Of a stretch of DNA of 64,000 nucleotides, positions 41,101 to 49,500 are shown one piece after another. The first letter of the stretch is position 1. Each line of letters opens with the position of its first letter. The notes under the pieces are model-generated. The model saw only the letters and a program-made list of their open reading frames with translations, ran no database searches and was not told the DNA's origin. The translations under genes and the position numbers were made by a program. The stretch lies in assembly GCA_008690995.1 (NCBI GenBank), contig VRMN01000008.1, positions 1 through 64,000 of the forward strand, written 5' to 3'. This DNA is from Porphyridium purpureum. Its lineage: Eukaryota.

Positions 41101-41528
41101 CGGGTGGAAACAAGTATCTGGTCGATTGGAGCTCCAGAAGGCAACGCTTTGTGAGCTCTTCGACCTCTGAGTCTGAGATGGCCGCTCTGGAAGAAGCGGT
41201 GCAGTTGTCTCTGTTTCCGGCATTGTCGTTTCTTCGAAGCGTGCAAGAGGGGGATTATGCGTTGACCCTGCTCTGTGATAGTCAAGTTGTTCTCCGTGCG
41301 GTCGAGATGGGCTACTCGCCAAAGTTGCATCACATGGCAGTGACCAGAGCCACGGACTTGGCGTGGATACACCAAGTTTGCGAGAAGCAAAAGCTGGTGA
41401 GATTGGAATATGTGAGGACGGGGGAAAACGTGTCCGACTTGATGACAAAACCTTTGTTTCCGGAAGGTCATATCAGGTGTTGGACTATGTTACGCGTCCC
41501 TCAGATCGGAAGGAGGAGCATGGATTAA
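38100..41528 (+). CDS. pol: Outer element Pol: aspartic protease - integrase - Myb - Copia-type RT - RNase H
   Basis: FLVDSGASHNF; HALTH..CETC; D(LV)..RTDDGNEF..QERFH; SWSREEDQAIMDGLRLFGWGKW; KCRLVAGG, FDVTSAYLHA, LRRALYGL, YVDD; GYADADFAG..RKSTSG, SESE, CDSQ, NVSDLMTKPL. The ORF is intact (track 38028-41528). Confidence 0.93.
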   Translation, partial: PGKLKPRGRSWEVHSRGTEPPGMGFVGEVWRADAASRLLYKRGTLDGESVQFLVDSGASHNFLGSRFVGRFEGRENGMVKLAGGQSVLVHGPVLQHVDLGFWKGPVKFYVGPLQMDAILGWDWLSRVNPRIDWQRGSMDLGLENVEDCAMVNVVDALSESSGNQAYDGEEESASEEVEGKMAGMEHALTHMPMRNDCETCVVAKIKSRPARRLEKDLSTLSFNDEVGIDLVEPGRNVEAIDGAKYILTHIDRATRWATLAGLRAKTHTAVAEAWTSVQAGRGWPKVLRTDDGNEFRGNVSNLVRENLVKHEIGVPHRPNSHAEQERFHHTLNQGVRANLLQSGLGKRWFLHAAQHFVFMFNRLHPDKRSGKSPYEMRYGERWKRGKVAVPFGCKVVFKNDQPENKYAPRGKIGVLVGVAEHPLAIWVLPQEEWTSAAPRLTRTQDFKAFPEVFPMRTLETRDDEEVSAREGEIDFHSRQEEPDSQETMVLPTNTAEARESGNLEEDVPLPVGRRGKRKPRVSWSREEDQAIMDGLRLFGWGKWERTLQEYKAVFRDSRNGKDVRARAHNMGLSEENWRQRAGVAPETPQLNLTTLLQTSQALASSAGREAMQKEVDLMIRFKVWDEQPISREEALKVPGARFVRTHFIFGLKFAELPEEFRKVKCRLVAGGNRIWDASGKVTQDVFDYEVPAGLSAIRMLIALAAILGLKIVSFDVTSAYLHADLSGPPTFAMLPPHVPGGGDGLLVRLRRALYGLPRSGSDFSIDARRKLQKFGWDLIHGEKNVYVKKMAGSASVALLALYVDDGLLACAEKDRGEIFRELRSEFLIEKEPEVLSEGTPLRFLGLTISESAARLSLDHDHYQALVVKEFEEELGQVLRAVKSPGEKMNADAVLDVQVEHGHLKIREHVGRLLWLARTVRPDISYAVGVVARYVDSWNVAAERLLVRVMQYLKVPREPLEYLRMTSLKISDVSVLGYADADFAGCPETRKSTSGRVTYLVAGGNKYLVDWSSRRQRFVSSSTSESEMAALEEAVQLSLFPALSFLRSVQEGDYALTLLCDSQVVLRAVEMGYSPKLHHMAVTRATDLAWIHQVCEKQKLVRLEYVRTGENVSDLMTKPLFPEGHIRCWTMLRVPQIGRRSMD
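38103..38162 (+). other. Candidate -1 ribosomal frameshift signal (G_GAA_AAC + H-type pseudoknot)
   Basis: Slippery heptamer at 38103-38109 just before the gag TAA. Stem 1 is CCTCGAG 38115-21 / CTCGAGG 38141-47; stem 2 is GGGAGGT 38131-37 / ACCTCCC 38156-62. Pol is in the -1 frame. Confidence 0.75.
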
Positions 41529-42327
41529 AAGTGTTCCGGTCCGAGAGACGCCCTGGGTGTACACCCGGAGGTACGGCGTCTCGGAATTGTTTGAGGTACA
41601 GGGGCTTTTTCGCCCGCGTGGTTTTTTACCCTGTACCTCTGGTTTTGTGCATTGTTGTCTTTCGCCCCGAGGAGCCGGAGTCGCGTGTCCGAGGGAAGCA
41701 GGAGCCGCTTGGCGGCCGGCCAGCACCCATTGAGCCGCTTGCTGACGTGGCTGGCTGTGGCTTCGTTCTGTGGAACGAACGGAGGAAAGCCCAGCCTTTG
41801 GGAGAAATAATTTCTCCCTTCCGCGTCAAGGACAGCAAGGACGGCGGGGTATATAATGGGCGCGGGCCTGTGCGGTTCCCCGGATTTTCTTTAGAGCGGA
41901 AGAAGGAGAGGCAAGGGAGTAGGACACAGAGAATAAAAGAGGAGTTTGTTCTTTGGTGTCGGGTGCCTGGGCGTGGTCGTCGGAAGGCGTGGGGCCTTTT
42001 GCTGAGCCTGTGTAGCAGAGCCAGCAGCACATCGTGTCTGGGGGGTTTCGGTGCTCTTGGAGCACTGAAGGCAGACGGCGGCTTTGTCCGTTACGACACC
42101 CTGCCCCTGTCGAGACCGGTGCTGTCTGTGCCGACGCGAAAGGCAATAGTAGAGGCCCTATACGTTGGATTTTCCACGCCCCGGGTATTCGTCGTCTGTG
42201 TCGTGTGCGTCGTGTGGTTGTGTTCTCTGTGCTGTGTGCGTCGTGTTGCTGGGGTTCGGTCATCTGAGAAGGGTTGTGTCATCCGGGTTCGTGCGCTTGT
42301 CATCATCAAGCGTGCGAGAATTTAAAG
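41521..42327 (+). repeat. 3' LTR of outer element (807 bp)
   Basis: Direct repeat of 30876-31650, 32 bp longer. The pol stop codon lies inside it. Confidence 0.9.
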
Positions 42328-42445
42328 TTTATGCTTGACCGTCACGATGACCGAAGGATACCGCAAACAACAAAACGCGTGAGGCTGTAGGCGCTCGCTC
42401 GTCTACTGGTCACACTCAGTTTAATCCATCTCACCAAGACACCTA

Positions 42446-43405
42446 TTATGGACAGTCTCCCCAGTGGCGAGTTCGGTCGGCAAAATACATGTTGCGATGA
42501 TCAAACTTGATTTTGAACTCGTGAGTGTGCTTCATCCAGTCGTCCGAGCAGCACATGCAGAAATTTTCAAGCACGACGTTGCGAAGCTCGGACACTTTGC
42601 ACAGCCAGCGGCCACAAATCTGGATTTTGTCGGCGCCATGCCACTCGATGTGTCGGTCATGATTTTCGTCATTTTCGTTTTGGCCTAAGTTCCTGCCGGA
42701 CACGAACAACTCGGTCAAACCAGGCACGCGTGCGAGCTGGCGCAGCAGGGCGTGCGGCAAGTTGAAAGGCTCCATACCGGAACCAAGATGGCAATTGAGC
42801 CACAGGCGGCGAATGGGTTTGGATGCACCGCTCAGCCCATTGCGGACCCAAACCAGAGGGATCAAGTAGTCCTCGATGTTATCGTCGTCACCGTTGCGTA
42901 GGTAGAAGCCGTCGACATGGAGCAGCGCGTAGCGCAGCGCGTGCATGGGCGGGCACTGCAACCTATCTGCGCCTGCACGGCTGGCGGACGCGAGCTCCAT
43001 GGGTACGCGCTGCGCAAGCACCGGGTCATGCTGCACGACTTGCGTACCATACGCGCCGATGAGGGTGGCCAGCCAGCTTGCCTGCGGCTCCATGCGCGCG
43101 AACACAAAATTGATGACGGTCTGCACCAATCGCGAGTTTTTGAAGGCGAGCAGCACGTTCAGCTGCCGCTCCTGCCGATACCGCGGGTTTGACTTGTGCA
43201 GGTCCACGTAAAGCGCGACGCGCACGCGGCGCTCGAAGACACGCATCATTCGACGCGAGGTGCGAGCCAGCTGCATCATGTCGACGAGGTCTGACGTCAG
43301 CGCGGCGCGCTGCCCGTGCCCCGCAAACGGCTCGACGTACATTGACGCGCAGTGCTCGAACACCTTTTCCACGAGCTCATCTGGCAGCGCGTCGATCAAC
43401 GCCAT
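42446..43405 (-). CDS. F-box-like protein
   Basis: N-terminal IDALPDELVEKVFEHC ... LARTSRRM resembles an F-box; weak LRR-like segments follow. ATG at 43405. Confidence 0.5.
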   Translation of the reverse strand: MALIDALPDELVEKVFEHCASMYVEPFAGHGQRAALTSDLVDMMQLARTSRRMMRVFERRVRVALYVDLHKSNPRYRQERQLNVLLAFKNSRLVQTVINFVFARMEPQASWLATLIGAYGTQVVQHDPVLAQRVPMELASASRAGADRLQCPPMHALRYALLHVDGFYLRNGDDDNIEDYLIPLVWVRNGLSGASKPIRRLWLNCHLGSGMEPFNLPHALLRQLARVPGLTELFVSGRNLGQNENDENHDRHIEWHGADKIQICGRWLCKVSELRNVVLENFCMCCSDDWMKHTHEFKIKFDHRNMYFADRTRHWGDCP

Positions 43406-44021
43406 GTTTCCTGCGGTACATCCACCGAGCCCAAGCGGCCAGCTGCTCGCGCCTGAGTTGCCCGCGCGCCACGCTGCAGCTTCGGTGCCACGGGGTCGCG
43501 GTGGGCTACGACATCCACAGGCCTGCGTCGAGTACCTCCGGTGATCGAGCGCCGCGGGGTGCCCGCTAACCACTGCGGCACGCTATATACCGCTGTGTGT
43601 CTGTGCCGCGCCGCGTCACCAGACCACAGGCTGCGCTGACTGCGTTGTGGCGCGCGCGCGCGATCCTGTGCGTGCGCAGTTGCGACAACCCGCCATTGGA
43701 GCCTGTAAGTGCGTTTCTGCGCAAACACCCGCAAATTGGCGCTGTTTGGACTGGTTTTGGGGTTTTTCTTTTTTTAAGGTCGAAAACTCGAAACCGTTTT
43801 TGCCAACTCACGCAGATATTTGTTGAATTTGCATCGTTGGCATCATTGGCAGGCAGTCGCGCGGCATGGCTGGCATCCGGTGTGACGGGAGGGATCCGCA
43901 GCGTGTGGCGCACAGCAGCGGCGCGATGCGGAAACGTGGCTGCATCGCGTGAAAACGTTGGCCCCGTCTTCGCTGCCGCTTTTCGTGCTGCAGGTCGTGC
44001 TGGCGGTGATGATGCTGATGG

Positions 44022-47000
44022 CTAGCGGGATTCGTCGTCCTGGTCGGATGCGTACGGGTCGCCGTACTCGAACAGACGCAAGCGTGCGGAGCGAGCGATG
44101 AGTTCGTCCGCGCCGTACTTGCTCTGCGCGCCGCGCCCGGCAGTCGACTTGGAGCGCAGCACGCGGGCAAAGCCCTGGCGCAGCGCGAGCTGATTCACCG
44201 AGAGCTTGTTGTGAGCCGCAGCCTCGCCGTTTGGCGCTTCCATACCGGACCGTGAGGATTGTCGCGGGGCGTCGCCGGCAAAGTAAAGCTCGGCGTGTGT
44301 CACGTTTCGCGTCTTGTCAACACGCACAGGCACCATATCCATGGTCTGGTTCATGATCTGCTCGCGCAGCCACGCGAGGGCATCATCTGCGTACTGTGCG
44401 TCCGAAAAGGCATTGTCCTCCAGAGACGCTTCCTGATAGCCGCCACCCGCTACGACGACGCCGTCCAGCGTAAGCTCACGCGCAAGCGCATCCATGCTGG
44501 ACAGGCGCGACACGCCCAGTAGCCGCTCCACGTCGGCTGCGGACACTACGTCCTCCAGACCAAAGTCCGAGTACCGCACGCGCAGCTCGTTAGCCGCATT
44601 GTTCTTGCTCAGTACCCGCGCACGGAACACTCCATTCGGATACCTGAGGAGCACCATTTCGCCCACCTTAAACTCGCGCGCGTCTGCGCAGGTCGTGTCG
44701 TCCACCGCTACGGCCGCCAGCGCCGCCGAAATCGCGCCCATGCCGTCGTCGCCAGTCACGTCTAGCTTGCGATAGAAAATGCGCCCGCCAACACCGACCT
44801 CCACCACCCGCACAGCGACAGGAGTTCGATCCACCGGCGCTGTCGCACTTTCTTCCGGTTCAACAGCAACCTTGGCATTGCTCGCGTTCGGATCCTTAAT
44901 CTGCCAGATTCCGCAACGCGCAGCTTTGGCACTCGCCTCTGCACTCTCGTACTGTTTGCTTGCCGCGGCTCCACTGGGCCCTACGGATAGCTCGGCAAAG
45001 CCGTGCTCAAGCAGAAGCGTGGCACAATCGCGCGCCTTTTGACTTGCGGTTGAAGAATGACTTGAGCCCTCTGCCAGACGCAGATCCACAAGATATGTGC
45101 CATTGCGGTCGATGCCGCAAACTGTTACATCCACATCGCGCTGCAGAAACATGCTGCGCGCAAAAAATAAAGCCTCGTCACCCATGGGATCACCACGCTC
45201 TGCTGCGGCAGTACCGGTCGCGCCAGTGGCGTTCCGGCGTGCAGGAGCCGGGGCGCGCGCGGCGCGCAAAGCAACAGGAATGATCATGTGGTCCTTGGGT
45301 ATGTAAACGCGGAACCGTGAGCCCGTCGAGGCGTGCTCAACTACTCCTCGCATGGCGCCAGCTTTCTCCAAGAAGGGAAGCATGTCCCGAGCGCGCTTCT
45401 TGGCATCTGGAGCTCCTAGATCATTCACGCGCCGCGGTGCACCACTGCCGGCCGGGCTTGGCTTGTGAAGGCCGCGCTTTTTTTCAACGGCCTGAGATTC
45501 CTCTTGCAGCAGATCTTCATAGACGCTTGACGTATCCTCTCCTGATCGGTGCTTGATCACGGTAGCATAGCCTGCGCGAACAAGCTCAGTGCTCAGGCAC
45601 ATTCTTGGGCTACCCGAGGACTCGGAACCATTTAGCTTTTCCGAACCATTTGAAGCGGCCGCCGCCGGACGGTCCTGAAAAACGTCAGCAAAAAGCATCG
45701 GAGCGGTTCCTGAAGAAGACGCCTGGCTCTGCTGTGCAGCCTGTGGGACACGCTGATACTGCACATGTACGGATACGCGTTTGCCGATGCATTTCCTGCG
45801 CAAAAACTCGCGAGCATCGGCGCCCATGTACTCCTCCTTTTGCATACCGCGTGCTGGGCGTGGCGCTCGCACTGAAGCCAAGCTAATGCGCACGGGTGAG
45901 AGAGCGTGCGGACCAGACTCCGGAACCACAACTAATGTGTCTCCTGAGACAACTTCCTGAACGGTCGCCTCGAATGGTGCCGACAAGGCTGCGCCAAGCT
46001 GCGCGCCGGCCGGCGGCTCGAATGACACCCATACGCCGCGGCGGGCGTCGCGAGCGGCCTTCTCGGCAAGCCGCATGCGCATCGAGTCGACTCCAGACTC
46101 GCCGAGCGACCAGCTCAAGGTCTTGGCAAATCCTGCCCGAAGCAATTCCTCCCCCAAGTCCAGAGTGGCACTTTCCTTTTCTGCGCCGCTTCCCGCCGGA
46201 GCGGTGACCGACAGTATACGCACATACAGTGGCCAGTCTCCCGTCATGCTCGCCGCATTTCTTTCTCCATGCTCGACGACAAAGTGGATCTCGCGTCCAA
46301 GCACTCGCATTTCGCTGAAAAACTTGGCGTTCAGAGCGAACGGCAGAGGGAGCGGCTTTTCGCTGCCGGCCTCGCGCCGAAAGCCCGGGCACTGTAGTCC
46401 GGCAAGCTGCACGCTCATGGCTCGGTATGTGCCGTCCGGTAACGAAACAAGCACTCGGAAGACAGATCCCGTGATGACATACTCCACTGTCGCGCGAAAC
46501 GCGTGTCCCTTCATGAGGGCTAACAGTTCATTCGACGACATGGCTGGCGCGAGCTGGCGAAGCCGGATGGGGGCATCTGGGCTATATATCCCGATCTGCT
46601 CGGTCTGTGCGGTCTCCTCGAGCGCACGCAGCTCGTCTATGTCCTTTGCGCACGCCTCGCGGTCGTTGAGCGGTGCGCGCACCTTGGCCATGCCCGCGCG
46701 GACGACCGCCTTGGACACCGAGGTCCAAATCTGCGCCGGCTTTGGGTGCGCGTCCGAGGACGCCGTGTCACCACTGGATCCATCGGCCGGCGCGGGCGCG
46801 ACAGGTTCGCAGACGAAAATCGATCCGAACAATCTATCGCCCGCGTGCTCGACCTTGTACTCGATCACGAATTGCACTGCGCGGCCAACGAGGCGCGAGC
46901 GCAGAAATTCGCGGCTGTCGTACGCGCAGGGCTTCTCGTCGGGAAAGAGTGGCGGCGCCTGGAGCGACGCGAGCGTGAGCCGGATCTCCGGGGGCGGCGC

Positions 47001-47114
47001 GGCCACGGGCGCGCCCGGCGCAGGCGGCTTGACCAGCACCACGGTGTCGCCAGACAACACGTGCTTCACCTGCGCGTGCAGCCGCGTATGAAACGGAGGG
47101 AGCGGCGCAGCCAT
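44022..47114 (-). CDS. SND1: Tudor staphylococcal nuclease (Tudor-SN)
   Basis: Repeated SN domains (VKHVLSGDTVV, VEYVITGSVFRV, VQEVVSGDTLV, VEHASTGSRFRV), Tudor (FRARV..VRYSDFG), C-terminal LFEYGD. ATG at 47114. Confidence 0.92.
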   Translation of the reverse strand: MAAPLPPFHTRLHAQVKHVLSGDTVVLVKPPAPGAPVAAPPPEIRLTLASLQAPPLFPDEKPCAYDSREFLRSRLVGRAVQFVIEYKVEHAGDRLFGSIFVCEPVAPAPADGSSGDTASSDAHPKPAQIWTSVSKAVVRAGMAKVRAPLNDREACAKDIDELRALEETAQTEQIGIYSPDAPIRLRQLAPAMSSNELLALMKGHAFRATVEYVITGSVFRVLVSLPDGTYRAMSVQLAGLQCPGFRREAGSEKPLPLPFALNAKFFSEMRVLGREIHFVVEHGERNAASMTGDWPLYVRILSVTAPAGSGAEKESATLDLGEELLRAGFAKTLSWSLGESGVDSMRMRLAEKAARDARRGVWVSFEPPAGAQLGAALSAPFEATVQEVVSGDTLVVVPESGPHALSPVRISLASVRAPRPARGMQKEEYMGADAREFLRRKCIGKRVSVHVQYQRVPQAAQQSQASSSGTAPMLFADVFQDRPAAAASNGSEKLNGSESSGSPRMCLSTELVRAGYATVIKHRSGEDTSSVYEDLLQEESQAVEKKRGLHKPSPAGSGAPRRVNDLGAPDAKKRARDMLPFLEKAGAMRGVVEHASTGSRFRVYIPKDHMIIPVALRAARAPAPARRNATGATGTAAAERGDPMGDEALFFARSMFLQRDVDVTVCGIDRNGTYLVDLRLAEGSSHSSTASQKARDCATLLLEHGFAELSVGPSGAAASKQYESAEASAKAARCGIWQIKDPNASNAKVAVEPEESATAPVDRTPVAVRVVEVGVGGRIFYRKLDVTGDDGMGAISAALAAVAVDDTTCADAREFKVGEMVLLRYPNGVFRARVLSKNNAANELRVRYSDFGLEDVVSAADVERLLGVSRLSSMDALARELTLDGVVVAGGGYQEASLEDNAFSDAQYADDALAWLREQIMNQTMDMVPVRVDKTRNVTHAELYFAGDAPRQSSRSGMEAPNGEAAAHNKLSVNQLALRQGFARVLRSKSTAGRGAQSKYGADELIARSARLRLFEYGDPYASDQDDESR

Positions 47115-47142
47115 CTCTGCTCTTCCTGTCGCTCTGTCTCTC

Positions 47143-47236
47143 GACACACACACACACACACGAACACCCTACCCTCCTCCCACACCTCTCACACCACTAC
47201 CCACACTACCCACACAGCACACACACACACACGCAC
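47143..47236. repeat. CA-rich simple repeat upstream of Tudor-SN
   Basis: (CA)n runs at ~47143-47161 and ~47218-47232. Confidence 0.7.
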
Positions 47237-47912
47237 CCCACCTACACACCCTTTCCCCCTCCTTCCCTCTGCCTCTCTCCCCCCCTCGTACAAACCCTTG
47301 CCACGTACCGCGACCACGCACACTCAGATTTTTCTCTTTCATGAGTTGACGTGGTGCGGTCTCTAGGGTTCCTAGGGTTACTAGGGTGTGGTCACCGTTG
47401 TCATATCAAACTGTGACTCTTTTGGCCATTTTGCGGTCACCCTTTTTCGTGATGCCTCAACTGCGTGCGCAGAAGTACTGTGCCCGTGTACAGTGTTTGA
47501 GTGCAGGAATAAAGTACAGTTGATCACGACGTGGGTACACGTGCTTGGAGCCGATGCGTCGCCGCGGCGAAACGGTTCACGGCTGTGCGGTTCAGTTGAA
47601 ACCGATAAATGGTGGGGCGGGAATGTGGGATGCAAGGGTTGAGCACGGGCACACTCACGCGGCAGTCACAGCAATGGCCCCGGACGAAATGGTGCGTCGG
47701 CACCTGTGCCAACTGGCGCATGAAGCTCCGCGCAGAGCGTGCTGAATGCGGCTATCTTTGGTAAAGGAGGAGTGCCTCGTGGGAAAATCCTGTGTGTTTA
47801 GTATTCATGCGTGTGCCACCCAGGCTTTCGAGCTTGGCGGGTTCTCATCGGTGGAGCGACAGTTCCAGAACAGAACGGAATGAACGGCGGTGGGTCGCCG
47901 TCGTGCGTATAA

Positions 47913-49331
47913 TTAGTCTTGAGTGCCAGGCGGAGGCTGAGTGAGCGTTTCTGGGAATGAGTTTTCGGCCCAGTGTGGCGGCGTGAGAGGCGGAAGGTAG
48001 TCGTGTCGATGCCGCGAGCAGGACTGCATCATCCGCTCGGCCTTGTTGACGTCGCCGTGCGCAAGCGCAATGTACGTGTACCGGCATTCGTCGCATGTCG
48101 CCCCAATCTGCTGGGCGCGCGCCTCCTTGCCGCGCTTGGGCACGTTCACCTTGCGTACACCGACAAGGCGCCGCACGCCGTCTGCAGCTGCTGTACGTGC
48201 ATTAGGGCTTCGAGAGGCTCGGTAGCCCGCTTTACGCGGGCCCGTGAAGATGGGCTCCGCTCCAGGTGCCGCAGTGGATAGGCCGGCCTCTCCCGTCAGC
48301 GCTGAGGGAGCGCCGTCGAATCCTTCGACGTCTTGTGTCTCTCCCCGCGAGCTCGGCTTGGGCGGTGCCGCATTCATCCGAATACGCTCCCGCAGTGTGG
48401 GAGTCTTGGGTCTCTGCAAGACCGCCTGCTTATCTGCAGACCCATGTGTTCCGGTCCCGCTATCTCTACTTGGCAAGGGTCCAGCTGGCGCCGCCACTGC
48501 CGGCGCACCTGTCACATGCTGCTCTTCGGGATGCAGGGACGGTGGCGGTTCTTCTGTTGAGCAGTCGGAATTTTGTGTATACAAAAGCTCATCTCGATTG
48601 ACTGCTGGCCGCCTGTCTGCCGGTGTCAGTCTCAACGGCGATTCTGCCGGAGCGTCCACATGCATGACCGTCTCATCCGCGGCGATCGTTGTGCAGCCCG
48701 CCACGCGGTTCCGCATCGCATCGTCTCCAGGACATCCGGTATTCAAGCGAGCAATCCCGTCAAACTCCAACTTTTGCCGAACCGGATGACCATCCAATTC
48801 ATCCATCGGTACCCGCACGGCACCTCTTGCAAACGACATTGGAGCAGCCGCGCGGTCCGGATGAGCTGCAGGTCGAACGGATGATTTGGGCTCTTCTACC
48901 AAGTTTTCGTTTCGTGCTTCCTTGCTCGCTCGCAGTGAATTCCCTGTTGGAGTCCGAGCGGACGCCACCAAACTGGCCTCTGGCACCGCACATAAGGCCT
49001 CTGTCTCGTTCGCGTTCGTCATATTCCCTGCCTGGTGGACGCGATCGTTCATTCCACACTTTGCGAGCCATTTACCATCTACCTGACGCCATTTTTCCTG
49101 AACATCCAGCGCGCGCCCTGTTCTAGTCTCTGCCTTCTGGCCCTGCCCATGCACAAACTGCTCCAACAGAACGAGCTGCTGAGCGCACAATCTCTCCAGC
49201 GCGTCCATGCGCGCATGCACCTTTGCGAATTCCTCTGTCAGGCTCATGCCCTGCAAAGCTTGTTCCATCATCTTTCGTGCGCAAAATCCGACCAGTGCAT
49301 CTCCATCACGCGGCGCTTTCGCTGCCATCAT
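47913..49331 (-). CDS. COM1: CtIP/Sae2/COM1 DNA-end resection factor
   Basis: C-terminal Sae2/CtIP signature: GATCDECRYTY (CxxC), CSRHRH (RHR), PPLTPPHW..FP. N-terminal coiled-coil-like segment. ATG at 49331. Confidence 0.82.
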   Translation of the reverse strand: MMAAKAPRDGDALVGFCARKMMEQALQGMSLTEEFAKVHARMDALERLCAQQLVLLEQFVHGQGQKAETRTGRALDVQEKWRQVDGKWLAKCGMNDRVHQAGNMTNANETEALCAVPEASLVASARTPTGNSLRASKEARNENLVEEPKSSVRPAAHPDRAAAPMSFARGAVRVPMDELDGHPVRQKLEFDGIARLNTGCPGDDAMRNRVAGCTTIAADETVMHVDAPAESPLRLTPADRRPAVNRDELLYTQNSDCSTEEPPPSLHPEEQHVTGAPAVAAPAGPLPSRDSGTGTHGSADKQAVLQRPKTPTLRERIRMNAAPPKPSSRGETQDVEGFDGAPSALTGEAGLSTAAPGAEPIFTGPRKAGYRASRSPNARTAAADGVRRLVGVRKVNVPKRGKEARAQQIGATCDECRYTYIALAHGDVNKAERMMQSCSRHRHDYLPPLTPPHWAENSFPETLTQPPPGTQD

Positions 49332-49500
49332 TCCTGCGTCCTCGCGCACTCTCTTTCCCTCTCTCCCCGTCTCTCTTTCTCTAGCTTCGACTTGGCCTCT
49401 CCCCGTGAATGCGCCACAGGTTCTCGAGTTAAGACACAACTGGGAGCAGGAGGAGAGGAACAAGACCGGGGCGGAGCACAAGGTTGATGAACGGGGTAAG

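Larger units (their letters stand above)
30876..42327 (+). mobile_element. Outer LTR retrotransposon: Gypsy-type gag/PR plus Copia-type IN-RT-RH with a Myb domain, interrupted by a nested Gypsy
   Basis: Direct repeats 30876-31650 and 41521-42327, PBS TGGTATCATCGC at 31651, purine tract GGAAGGAGGAG just before the 3' LTR, split gag, and pol at ~38100-41528. Confidence 0.93.
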
